Source: the human T2T-CHM13v2.0 reference genome, Homo sapiens. From it: a stretch of 64,000 nt of DNA. Shown here one piece after another: positions 1 through 12,530 of the stretch. Where the stretch lies: assembly GCF_009914755.1 (NCBI RefSeq), contig NC_060925.1. One strand, given 5' to 3'. Both the position numbers and the translations under genes were made by a program. The notes beneath the pieces were generated by a model. The model was not told where the DNA came from. It saw nothing but the letters and a program-made list of their open reading frames with translations, and searched no databases. Position 1 is the first letter of the stretch. Every line of letters begins with the position of its first letter.

Positions 1-1129
1 TCCTGCTGCCTGGCCTCTCCACTCCTGGCACCCTACTCCAATCTTGGAGCCAGGTTGGGGCCTATCCTGGGCACTGGCACAGCCTGGCCAGGTGTGCACA
101 TGCTTGGGGCAGTGCTGACATGCCAGTACCCTGCTACCTCGGCCTCCTCCAGAATTTGGGCAAAATGAGCATGAGAGGAGAAACTGAGGGGGAGGGCTGA
201 GGGTGGCTTGGCACTGGCCTGCAGGTGCCTTTTGGTGCAAGCAGCCTGGGCACCATAGGCACCATGGATGGCAGCAGGAGGCAGACAGGCTCCTGGATTG
301 AAGGGAGTGGATCCCTAGTAAGGCCCTACCTTTAGGCCAGGGATGGCCTGAAGGCTGGGGGCTGAGCAGTAAGTCCCGCAGATCAAAGTGGGGACTTGCA
401 GTGCCTTTCAGGCCTGCCCATGGCCACCCATGGACCAACTGACACACACTTCCTCCCCTCTGACATCCGTAAAAGCCCCAGGCTCAGCTAAAGCAGGGTA
501 GAGGATGGAGAGATGATGGGATGACCAACTTCAGAGAGGAGCTATCCTCTCTGCTGAGAGCTGGGAAGAAGAGAGGAAGACTTGCCTGTAGAGAGGAGCA
601 ACTTTCTCCAGAGCCTCCTCTCTGTTGAAAGCAGCAGACATCAGGATGACTGGCTGCAGAGAGGAGCTACCCTCTCCAGGGCCTCCTCTCTGTTGAAAGC
701 AGCAGACATTGGGATGACCACCTGCAGAGAGGAACTACCATCTCCAGGGCCTCCTCTCTGTTGAGAGCTGAACCCCTGACAGGACAAGGATGACCAGCTG
801 CAGAGAGGAGTTACCCTCTCTAGAGCCTCCTCTCTCTTGAGAGCTGAACCCTTAATGGGACAACCTGCCAGCAGAGAGGAGCCACAGACCCCAGGGCCTC
901 CTCTCTGCTGAAAGCTGAACACTCAACGAGATGACCTGCCTGCAGAGAGGAGCTATCCACCACAGGTCTCTTCTGAGCATTCTAACACTCAATAAACCTC
1001 CTCTTCATCGTGTTTACCCTACACTTGTCTGTGTACCTCATTCTTCCTGGACACAGGACAAGACCTCAGCAAAGGTGCCACCAGCCACAGAGGTTTCTGG
1101 CCAATTGATACCCCAAAGATCCCTTAACA
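1..1129 (+). mobile_element. MER52-family (ERV1) LTR, 5' part outside window
   Basis: Characteristic ctgcagagaggagctac...ctcctctctgctgagagctgaac repeats; AATAAA at 991-996; MER52-like 3' end ...ccacagaggtttctggcc...ccccaaagatcccttaaca. Confidence 0.8.
519..985 (+). repeat. Tandem array of ~7 imperfect ~60-77 bp units inside the MER52 LTR
   Basis: Units start near 519, 578, 644, 712, 788, 858 and 929; core gatgacc..ctgcagagaggagctac..ctcctctctg. Confidence 0.9.
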
Positions 1130-1206
1130 CCTCAACACATAGGGATTACAATTCAGCTTACATTCAATATGAGATTTGGGTGGGGACACAGCCAAACCAT
1201 ATATCA
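1130..1206 (-). mobile_element. MST/THE1-type MaLR LTR 5' end (probably interrupted by MER52)
   Basis: gagatttgggtggggacacagccaaaccatatatca is the reverse complement of the MaLR LTR start. Confidence 0.8.
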
Positions 1207-1477
1207 GGTTGTCATTTTCTCATTGGCTTGCAGGAGGTTTTTTGTTTTTTGTTTTTAACATATTCTCAATGCTAATCTTTCCCACTTATTTGTGTTACAA
1301 ATCTTTTCTTATAGCGTGTGCTTTTTCTTTTTATTTCTGTTAGAGTGTCTTTTGACAAACAAAAGTTTGTAACATAGTCACATTTTTCATACCTGTTTGT
1401 GTGGCTCCTACTTTTGGATTTTAAGAAATCCTTACCTATCCTGAGGTCATAAATGCACCCTGCCTCTCTATTTACAG

Positions 1478-1680
1478 TATTTAAGAACATAAACTCCCAA
1501 GCCAAACTGCCTAGGTTCAAATCCTAGTGATGAAAACTTGATCAACTTATTTAACCTCTTTGTGGCTCAATTTACTCAAATGCAAAGTGGAAACGATATT
1601 AGTACCTACATCATATACATGCTCTGTTGGACTAAATAACCTCTGTTGAAAATAGTCTGGAACATAGTATTATGTGCTAT
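1478..1680 (+). mobile_element. MIR SINE
   Basis: gccaaactgcctaggttcaaatcc...ttaacctctttgtggctcaattt core. Confidence 0.7.
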
Positions 1681-2037
1681 CATCATAATCATCATCACCA
1701 AGCTTTAGAATATTGACATTTACATTTAAAGTTTTAGCAATCTACAATTTATTTTTATATATGGTTTGAGGCATTATCCCAACATTTTTATGGCAAATTA
1801 TCAATTTACCCAATACAGTTTTGTAAATTGAGTCTTTCCTTACTGAACTGTAGTACCAGCTCTGTCATAAATCAAGTTTCCCTTTGTATTAGGTATTAGG
1901 AGCTGTTCTGAGATTTCTATTTTCTTCCATTGGTCTGTCTATTCCTAAGACAGTGCCACTCTGTTTTAATTTCTATAGTGTTGTAATGCTTTTTGATAAA
2001 CTAGTTCTCCACCCTCTTCTTCTTTAGCAGATTTTGA

Positions 2038-2958
<921 letters not shown>

Positions 2959-3300
2959 TTGAAGTAAAATTTGGACTGCTTATTGCTGATGTAGAAAATG
3001 CAGTTAACTTTTTGCACTGGTTTTATATCCAGAGACCTTTTATTAATTTAATAATGTATCTGCATATTCATGGAGGGTTTCTATGTTTATAAGCTAACAT
3101 TTTAAAGTGATAACAATATGATTTTTCTTCGTGATCTGTATTTCCTCTGTGTGTTTGTGTGTGTGTGTTATTTGCCTTGTTTCATTGGCTAGGGCCTTTA
3201 GCATATTGCTGAAGAGATGTGGTGATAGCAGACGGCTTTGTATTGTTTCTTATCTTAAAGGGAATGATTTCAGTGCTTCGCCTTTAAATAAGATATTTGG

Positions 3301-3632
<332 letters not shown>

Positions 3633-3738
3633 TTATCAGGTGAGAACATTTTCTTCTATCCCTGGATTACAAAGACTTCTTTAAAAGATCATAAGTGAAT
3701 ATTAAATTTTATTATATTTTTGTATCTATTAAAATGAT

Positions 3739-4095
3739 TGATATGGTTTAGATTTATGTCCCCACTCAAATCTCGTGTCAAATCAGAGGAGAGGCCTGGT
3801 GGAAGATGATTGGATCATAGGTGCAAATTTCCTTCTTGCTGTTCTTGCGATAGTGAATGAGTTCTCACTAAAATTGTGTGGCACTTCCCCCTTCGCTCGC
3901 TCTCTCTTCTGCCACCATGTGAACAAGGTTGCTTGCTTCCCCTTTGCCTTCTACCATGATTGTAAGTTTCCTGAGGCCTCTCAGTCATGCTTTCTGTTAA
4001 CCCTGCAGGACTGTGAGTCAATTAAACCTCTTTTTTTTCATAAATTATCCAGTTTCAAGTAATTCTTTATAGCAGTGTGAAAACAGACTAATACA
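3739..4095 (+). mobile_element. MSTA-like MaLR solo LTR
   Basis: tgatatggtt...aaacagactaataca termini; 5-bp TSD atgat/atgct. Confidence 0.88.
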
Positions 4096-4927
4096 ATGCT
4101 CACATTGCTTTTCTTCTTTATCTTGTTAATGTAAGGAATCACATTGATTTTTTATGCTTTAATGCTTCCCCAATCTTACATGCCTTAGGTAAACTAGCTT
4201 AGGGCATATTATCATTTTTCTACATTGTAGGATTTTGTTTACCAACATTCGGTTTAGAATTATGTGTCAATGTTCTTAAGTAAAATTTGCCTGCAATTTT
4301 CTTCTCACACTATCATTGTCAAGATTTAGTGTTAAAATTATACTGGCTTTATAAAATGGGTTGGGGCATATTTGTATTTCCTCTTTATCTATATTATAGA
4401 CTAGCTTGTGTAAGATTGAAAATATCTATCTCCTGAATGTTTGGTAAAACTCACAAGTAAAATCATTTGGGAGGATCTGATTTTTCTTTAGGGTACATTT
4501 GTAAACTAATCGTTCCATTTATTTAATAATTATAGTGCTGTTTGTTTCATATTTCTTCTTGAAACCATTTCTGTAGCTTATATTTCTTTAGAAATTTTTC
4601 CATTTCATCTAAGTTTTCCAAAATATTAGCTTAAAGTTGTTAATTATCTTTTAAATATCTGCAGCATCAGTAAATATGTTTGCTTTTTTTATTCCTTACA
4701 TTGCTTTGTCTGTCTTCTTTCTTTTTCCTTGCTCAATCTTGTCAGAAATTTTTCAACTTTATTAGTTTCTCAGAGAAAGAACTTTTGGCTGCATTAAGCC
4801 TCTTCATTGTGCATTTGATTTTTATCTCATAAGTGTTTCTTTTTAAAAAAAAATGTTTCCTATGTTCTGCTTTTTTGGATTATTCTTATGTTATTCCTTT
4901 TTAAATTCTTCAGTTGAATATTTAGTT

Positions 4928-5143
4928 CAGTGGTTCTCAATCAGGGACAATTTTGGCCCCTATGGGACATTGAGCAATGTCTGAAGATATTATTTGGTTG
5001 TCACAACTGGGGGAAGAATGATATTGGTATCTAGTGAGTAGTCACCAAGGATGCTGCTAAACATCCTACAGTGAGCAACACAGCCCCAGAAACAAAGAAT
5101 TATCCAGCCCAAATGTCAAGAGTGCTGAAGTTGAGAAGCCCTG
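4928..5143. mobile_element. MER20 (hAT-Charlie)
   Basis: Terminal inverted repeats cagtggttctcaa...ttgagaagccctg; internal ggttgtcacaactgggg and ggatgctgctaaacatcctaca. Confidence 0.9.
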
Positions 5144-5456
5144 GTCTAGCTTATTAATCTTCAGCTTTTATTCTTTTCTAATGAGACCACTCAATGCTAA
5201 AAATTTCCTGTTGAGTACTGCTTTAGCTTCTTACCATAACTTTTTTTTTTAAATACAGTAAAATTTGCTTTCTTTTTGGTGGACTCTTGTATGAGCTTCA
5301 ATATGCATTCACCACACTCAAGATATAACACGGGTTCATCACCCCAGAAAATGCTCTCATGCTGCCCCTTTGTGTCAAACTCTTCCCCTACCACTGATCC
5401 ACTCTCCATACCTATAGCTTTCTAGAATTTCATGTCAATGTAATAATAGAATATGT

Positions 5457-5667
5457 TTGTTTTGAGACAGGGTCTCACTCTGTTGCCCAGTCTGGAATAC
5501 AGTGGTGCAATCACAGCTCACTACAGTCTCAGACCCCTAACTCAACTGATCCTCCCGCCTCAACCTCCAGAGTAGCTGGGACTACAGGTGCACCCTACCA
5601 CACCTGGCTAATTTTTTTTATTTTTTGTGGAATCAGAGTCTTACTGTGTTACCCAGGCTGGTCTTGA
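5457..5667 (-). mobile_element. AluJ fragment (5'-truncated)
   Basis: gagacagggtctcactctgttgccca...gatcctcccgcctc...ggctggtcttgaa. Confidence 0.88.
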
Positions 5668-7396
5668 AAGTCTTTCAGAATATACATAACTCTGGAAATG
5701 TCTTCTTTAACTCAGCATAAAGCCCTTGAGATGCATTCACACTATTGCATAAATCAATAGCTCATTCATTTTTTATTGCTGTGTAGTATTCTATTGTACG
5801 GATGTACTATGGTCTGATTATCCACTTACACATTAAAGGACTTTGGGCTTGTTTCCATTCTTTTGGTGTATCGAACTGCTATTTGTGAACAGATCTTTTT
5901 ATGTAAACACTGTTTTCATTTCCTCAAGTACTCAGGAATAGGATAACTGGATCATATCATAAGTATATGTTTATAAGAAATTGTCAAACTGTTTTCCAGA
6001 GTGGCTGTACCATTTTCATTCCCAGCAGCAATGTATGAGAATTCCAGTTGCTCCACATACTCATCAGCATTTGATATTATTAGGTTTGGGTTTTTTAATA
6101 TAATTTTGTCCATTTGATAGATATGTAGTCATTTTGGTTTTAATTTTCATTTCTCCAATAGCTAATAATCTTGAGCATCTTTCCCTGTGTTGATATGCCA
6201 TTGATATTGTTTCTTTAGTGAGATGTCTGTTCAAATCTTTGGGTTTTTAATTTGATTATTTGTTTTCTTGCTACTGAGTGTTTTAGCAATTTTACTGAGG
6301 TCTAACTGAATACAATAAACTTCAGATAGAAAATGAACAATTTGGTAAGTTTTACCCACTCATGAAACTATTATCAAAATCAAAACCAATAGTTATAGTG
6401 AACATAACTATTAACCTAAAATTTCTTTGGAATCTCTCCTTCTCTTCTCCCCTTCCCCAATTCCAAGCAACCATTGAGCTTTCATTTTCTAGAAATTTTC
6501 TAAGCTTGCATTTTCTAGAAATTTATAAAAATGAAATCATGGTATAATTCTTTTTGCTTGGCTTCTTTCATTTAGCAAAATCATTTTTGAAGTTCCTTCA
6601 TGTAGTTGTGTGTATGAGTAGTTCGTTCCTTTTTATTTCTTAGAATTATTCTATCTATGGGCTTACTTCAATTTACTTTTCCATTCACTAGTTAATGGAC
6701 ACTCAGGTTTTTTGTAGTTTAGGACTACTATTTGAAAATAAGTGCTATAAGCTGATATAAATGTTTATGTAAAACTCTCTGTATGAACATAAACTTTCTT
6801 TTGTGCAAATCGGAGTAAAATGCAAGCTTATATAGAAGGTACATGCTTAAGTTTTTAAGAAACTGCCCAACTATTTTCCAAAGTGGTTTCCATTTTACAT
6901 TGCCATTTAGAAGTGTATGAGAGTTCCAGTTCCTTCACGTCCTGGCCAACACTTGGTATGGTTAGTCTTTTTAATTTTAGCCATCCCAATGGGTGTGTGG
7001 AAAATCTCATTAGGTTTTAATGTGTATTTTCCCAATAATTAATGATTTTGTACACCTTTCATATGCTTATCTTCCATGACATATCTTTTTTGGTGAAGTG
7101 TCTGCTTATATCTGTTGCCTATTTTCTATTGGGTTGTGTTCTTGTTATCAAGTTTTGAAAGTTCTTTATATATTCTGGATACACGTCTTTTATCAGATAT
7201 ATGCGGTGCAAATATTTTCTCCTAGTTTTTGTCTGTCTTTTGATTCACTTAGCAGTATCTTTTGAAGAGCAGAAGTTTTTAATGTTGATGAGTTCCAATT
7301 GAGCAATTTTCTCCTTTACAGGTTATGCTTTGGGCAACCTATCTAGATATCTTTGTCTAATTCAAGGTCACAAAAATTTGTCTTTGTCATAGCATG

Positions 7397-7710
7397 TGTC
7401 TTCCTTTTAGTTATGCAAATTTCTACCTCTGGCTTGAATTCCTCCCCAGAAAATGGGTTTTTCTTTTATACCACATGGCCAAGCCGCAAATTTTCCAATC
7501 TTTTATGCTCTGCTTCCCTTTTAAATATAAGTTCCAGTTTCATGTCTTTTATTTGCTCAATCCATTTTGCTCACACATATGGACATAAGCTGTTATAAGC
7601 AGCCAAGTCACATCTTGAGCACTTTGCTGCTTAGAAATTTTTTCCACCAGATCCCCTAAATCATCACTCTCAAGCTCAACATTCCACAGATCCCTGGAGC
7701 AGGGGCACAA
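7397..7710 (-). mobile_element. MST-int fragment (second copy of 8901-9200)
   Basis: Aligns by eye at roughly 90% with 8901-9200. Confidence 0.88.
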
Positions 7711-7893
7711 TATTTTAAACAACCAGATCTTGTGAGGACTTCATCACAAGAACAGCACTATGGGGATGTTGCTATGCCATTAGAAACTGCCTCCCATGAT
7801 CCAATTACCTCCCACTAGGCTCCACCTCCAGCACTGGGGATTACATCATTTCAACATGAGATTTGAGTGAGGACACAGATCCAAACCACATCA
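7711..7893 (-). mobile_element. MSTB-like LTR, 5' portion only
   Basis: ttttaaacaaccagatcttgtgag...gacacagatccaaaccacatca. Confidence 0.85.
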
Positions 7894-9222
7894 TTCCACC
7901 CCGGCCCCTTCCAAATCTCATGTCCTTCTCACATTTCAAAATCCAGTCATGCCTTTCCAACAGCCCCCAAGTCTTAACTCATTCCAGCATTAACTCAAAA
8001 GCCCATAGTCCAAAGTCTCATCTGAGACAAGATTAGTCCTGTCTGTCTATGAGCCTGTAAAATAAAAGACAACTTAGTTACTTCCAAGATACAATGGGAG
8101 AATAAGCAGTGGGTAAGTACGTCCATTTGAAACAGGAGAAAGTGGCCAAAAGAAAGGGTCTACAGGCCCCATGCAAGTCTTAAACCCAGCAGGGCAATCA
8201 TTAAATCTTAAAGCTCCAAAATGATCTCTTTTGACTCCATGTCACACATCCAGGACATGCTGATGTAAGGAGTGGGCTCCCAAGGCATTGGGCAGCTCTA
8301 TACCTGTGGCTTCTCTCAAGGGCTGGTGTTGAGTGTCTATGGCTTTTCCAGAAGCACAGTGCAAACTGTGAGTGAATCTACCATTCTGGGATCTGGAGGA
8401 CAGTGGCCTTTCTCTCACAGCTCCACTGGGCAGTGCCCCAGTGAGAACTCTGTTGGGGGGAGCTCCAACCCCACATTTCCCCTCTACACTGCCCTAGTAG
8501 AGGTTCTCCAAGAGGGCTCTGCCCCTGCAGTAGGCTTCTGCCTGGACATCCAGGCTTTTCCATGCATCCTCTGAAATCTAGGCAGAGGCTCCCAAGCTTC
8601 AACTCTGCACTTTGTGAACCTGCAAGCTAACACCACTTGAAAGCCATGAAGGCTTATGGTTTGCACCCTCTGAAGCAGTAGCCCGAGCTGTACCTGGGCC
8701 CCTTTGATCCAAGGCTGGAGCTGGAACAGCTGGGATGCAGAAGACAGTGTCCTAGGGCTGCACAGGGTGGAGGGGCCCTGGGCATGGCCCACAAAACCAT
8801 TCTTCCCTCCTAGGCTTCTGGGCCTGTGATGAGAAGGGCTGCCGTGAATGTCTCTGAAATGTCTTGAAGGCCTTTTCCCATTGTCTTGGCTATCAGCACT
8901 TGTCTTCCTTTTAGCTATGCAAATTGCTGCAGCTGGCTTGAATTCCTCCCCAGAAAATGGGTTTTTCTTTTCTATCACATGGCCAAGCTGCAAACTTTCC
9001 AATATTTTATGTTCTGCTTCCCTTTTAAATATAAGTTCCAGTTTCATGTCACTTATTTGCCCACAAATATGGACATAGGCTGTTAGAAGTAGCCAGGCCA
9101 CATCTTGAGCACTTTGCTGCTTAGAAATTTCTTCCACTAGATACCCTAAATCATCACTCTCAAGCTCAAAGTTCCACAGATCCCTAGAGCAGGAGCACAA
9201 CACAGCCAGGCTGTTTGCTGAT
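7894..9222 (-). mobile_element. MST-int (MaLR internal region)
   Basis: Minus-strand translation gives MaLR-int peptides RDLWNFELESDDLGYLVEEISKQQS and WEPLPRFQRMHGKAWMSRQK. Confidence 0.9.
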
Positions 9223-9254
9223 AGTGATATGGGGAGGCCGCAGGAAATTTTCAA
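8484..9254 (-). pseudogene. Decayed MaLR internal ORF remnant (256 open codons, TTG start)
   Basis: N- and C-terminal parts match the MaLR-int peptide as I recall it; the middle appears to be in a shifted frame. Confidence 0.65.
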
Positions 9255-9511
9255 TCATGGTGGAAGGTAAAGGGGAAAGCAGGCACATCTTACATGACCA
9301 GAGCAGGAGGAATAGAAAGATGGGGGAGGTGATACATACTTTTAAACAACCAGATCTTGTGAGAACCCTGTCATGAGAACAGCATTAGGGGAATGGTGCT
9401 AAACCTTTAGAAACGGTCCCCATGATCCAATCACCTCCCACCAGGCCCCACCTCCAGCATTGGGGGTTACATTTCAACATGAGATTTGGGTGGGGACAAC
9501 GATCCAACTCA
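9225..9511 (-). mobile_element. MSTB-like LTR, 5' two-thirds
   Basis: caatcatggtggaagg...ggaatggtgctaaacc...gagatttgggtggggacaacgatccaa. Confidence 0.85.
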
Positions 9512-9534
9512 CTAAGTTACAGGTTTCTTGGGGG

Positions 9535-9670
9535 AGAAACTTGTACCTCACATTCCTCATCTGAAAAATCAGTCTAAGAGATCCTTCCTTGTATGAGTTC
9601 TTGGAAGATTGAATGTGATAATGTATGTAAAAAAGCCAGGCACACTGTCTGGCACATGCAAAGTATAAAC
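9535..9670 (+). mobile_element. MIR fragment
   Basis: ttcctcatctgaaaaat...ctggcacat. Confidence 0.6.
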
Positions 9671-9914
9671 AATAACATCCACAGTAATTTTTCACTGTTG
9701 TATCTTCAGTACCTAACCCAGTGCTCAACAAATATAATTTAAATAATCGATAAACTCTGTCTGTGAAAGTATTTGTAGTGTGTAAACCCCCACACAGGTC
9801 AGACGTGTCGTTTGTGTTGCTTTTGTTGTCACGTGTATAGTACGGCCCTTCCCCTCCCCTGGTTCTGACCCTGTGCTCTCCACTTTCTTCGCATTTGCCA
9901 TTTGTGGCCTGCTG

Positions 9915-10050
9915 ATCTATTTGTAATCTCCCTCCTCCCTATAGTATGAGCACCTTAGGGGAAAGGACCAGCTGTGTCTTGTACATCTCTGTATTCTCCT
10001 TTCCAGCACAGTTACTGACACACAGCAATCCTCAAAACATGGTGAAACAT
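9915..10050 (+). mobile_element. L2 3' fragment
   Basis: tatgagcaccttaggggaaaggacc...tgtgtcttgtacatctctgtattc. Confidence 0.55.
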
Positions 10051-10897
10051 AGTAATAAAGGGTGAGCAAAAGGAGGAGGAAAAAACTATTCTTTTTTTTT
10101 TTTTTGCCACATGCCTAAGGAAATGTGAAGCAATTCTCCAAGCCCAGACATAAGAAATGTCAAAGTTCTAATCATCCCATGATGTCTAATTTTACTTCTT
10201 CTCTTCCATTCATCCCATTTACCTGCAGAGCAACAGTGCAGGGCCCTGTATACCCTGCTGGGTTCCCCAAGCATGAGACTTTACCCACCTTCAAGCCTGA
10301 CACCCAGTGGTAAAAGTGGGGAATGCAGGCTACTTTTCCAAACCACTGCAAGGCATAAGGTCTCAAAATGCTTTACCACAGTCCCTCAGGTGTCGTCAAA
10401 GACCCATGGCTTCCCTCTCTACCTGGTCCCACTTTTCAAAGGGAGAGGGAGATTTGGGAAGAGCTGTGATATCAAAAAACTGGTAAGAAACAAAACAATG
10501 ATTTGTGAATTGCACAATCACAAATGAGTGGATGAATTCTGTGGTATGTGGATTCTATCTCAATAAAGATTTTTTTTTACAAAAAATTTAAGTAAAAGAA
10601 CCAAGGTGGCTATCATGATTCATCACCTAATTGATCTGGTGGATTTTTACTATAAATATATTTTTAATAGTGATTTTTGGTGATCTTTAATAACATACTC
10701 AGTAAGCAACCCTTTGTGCTATATAAAAACAAACATTTGCAGATTGCACAGCATTTGTCTGTTTAAAAAAAAAAAAAGATGAAAAACAAAACAAGAACTT
10801 TGATTTTTTTAATCTGTTTATAGCCCATCAGGGGGCCCTGTGTGGGCCAAGGACCATGCCTGGAAAATCCTCAGCCTGAGTACCTAGAAAGATCTTA

Positions 10898-10962
10898 AGT
10901 GTCTCTAAGTACATAGCCAGAGTTTGAGTGTCTCTAAGTATTGTGGAAAGAGTTTGAATGTC
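10898..10962. repeat. ~30-bp tandem duplication (2.2 copies)
   Basis: agtgtctctaagta-catagcc-agagtttg / agtgtctctaagta-ttgtggaa-agagtttg / aatgtc. Confidence 0.8.
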
Positions 10963-11785
10963 ACACTGGGAAAGATGACCTCAGCTCTACCTTCTCATCT
11001 AGATAATTCATAAGAATCATTGTGACAAAGTGAGAAAAATTGCCGTTAATTATTATTGAACATTTCCTACTGGTCAGGAAAAGTAAGGTAAAGGACTGCC
11101 TGGAGCCTTACACATATTATTTAATTATCATGCCGCCACCATGACCTGGACACTATTGGTATTTCTTCTTTAACATTAAGGAAACAGGCTTATTTGTTCA
11201 AAGTCACACAATCAGTAGTGGCAGAAGCTGATCTGACTTGCCTCTGCCGCACCCTGCCTTCCGGCACATCCATTTGATATCAAATTTATGGTGGAGTTGC
11301 GCCATTTTCCTTCATGCCCGCTTTATAGTACATGAGGGTATGCTGTATAATTAATGTACATAGGCTCATTTTCTAGAACTCAGCACTTGTTTTCTTGTTT
11401 TAAGATTATTGTCAAGGTTTATGGTTATTGCACCTTGACTTTATGTTCCTATGTTGCTTATATCTGTGGTTATCTGAGAGTACTGCAGAGGAAGCATGCC
11501 TCTCTTTACAGAAAACTCATCACAGCAGTGGCATCACCTGGAAAGAACAGCCATCAAAATATGGGGTGAGCCATGATTAGCTCTGCCAGAGGAAAGGAGA
11601 GACTTGGGAAACTTAGGGCTTGGAATCACAGGAATGCAGCAAGGAGTGGGCCAAGCAGGGTGGGTCTGATCAGAAAGGCTTTATATGACAGGCCAAAGGG
11701 CCTGCCTGGACTTTATCCTACAAACAAGGGATTTTTTATAGAGGGGAGTACCATAACTAGATCTGTGTTTTGAAAACATCCATCT

Positions 11786-12097
<312 letters not shown>

Positions 12098-12339
12098 AAA
12101 ACACCCATCTTGTTTCAGGACTGGCCAGGAACTACTCTGAGGAGGGGACCGCTCTGGGTGCTGGAGTCTGACAGGCTAAAACATGTCCATAATCAGGTTT
12201 AATCATGGCTCAGGAAAGTGTCTCTGACCCAGCACTGTCGGAGATCTCGTCTCTCTTGCCCTCTGTCCTGCTTCTCCAGCTAATCCTCCTCTGTGTCCCA
12301 TGCTGGCCCACACTAGCTCACATCAGCCAAGACACCCCA

Positions 12340-12530
12340 GGTCTGAATTCTGGCTCTGGCCTCCCCAGCTGTACACCTGTGGCCAGTTTTCTCTGTGCCT
12401 AGTGTCTTCATCCGCACAAGGAGACAACAACAGAACATACCTCATGTGATTGCTGTGAGGACTGACACGAGCAGGTGTCCAGGAAGCCCTTAGAAGGGAG
12501 CCTGGCACAAGGTAAGCATGATATCAGCTG
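12340..12530 (+). mobile_element. MIR
   Basis: ctctgtgcctagtgtcttcatc...tacctcatgtgattgctgtgagga...cctggcacaaggtaagc. Confidence 0.65.

Noticed and set aside
519-985. CRISPR-like regular repeat array
   Set aside because: Primate LTR context, the intervening sequences are homologous to each other rather than unique spacers, and there are no cas genes.
10898-10962. Repeat-spacer-repeat pattern resembling a mini CRISPR
   Set aside because: Only about two units with 7-8 nt cores in eukaryotic DNA; a local duplication explains it.
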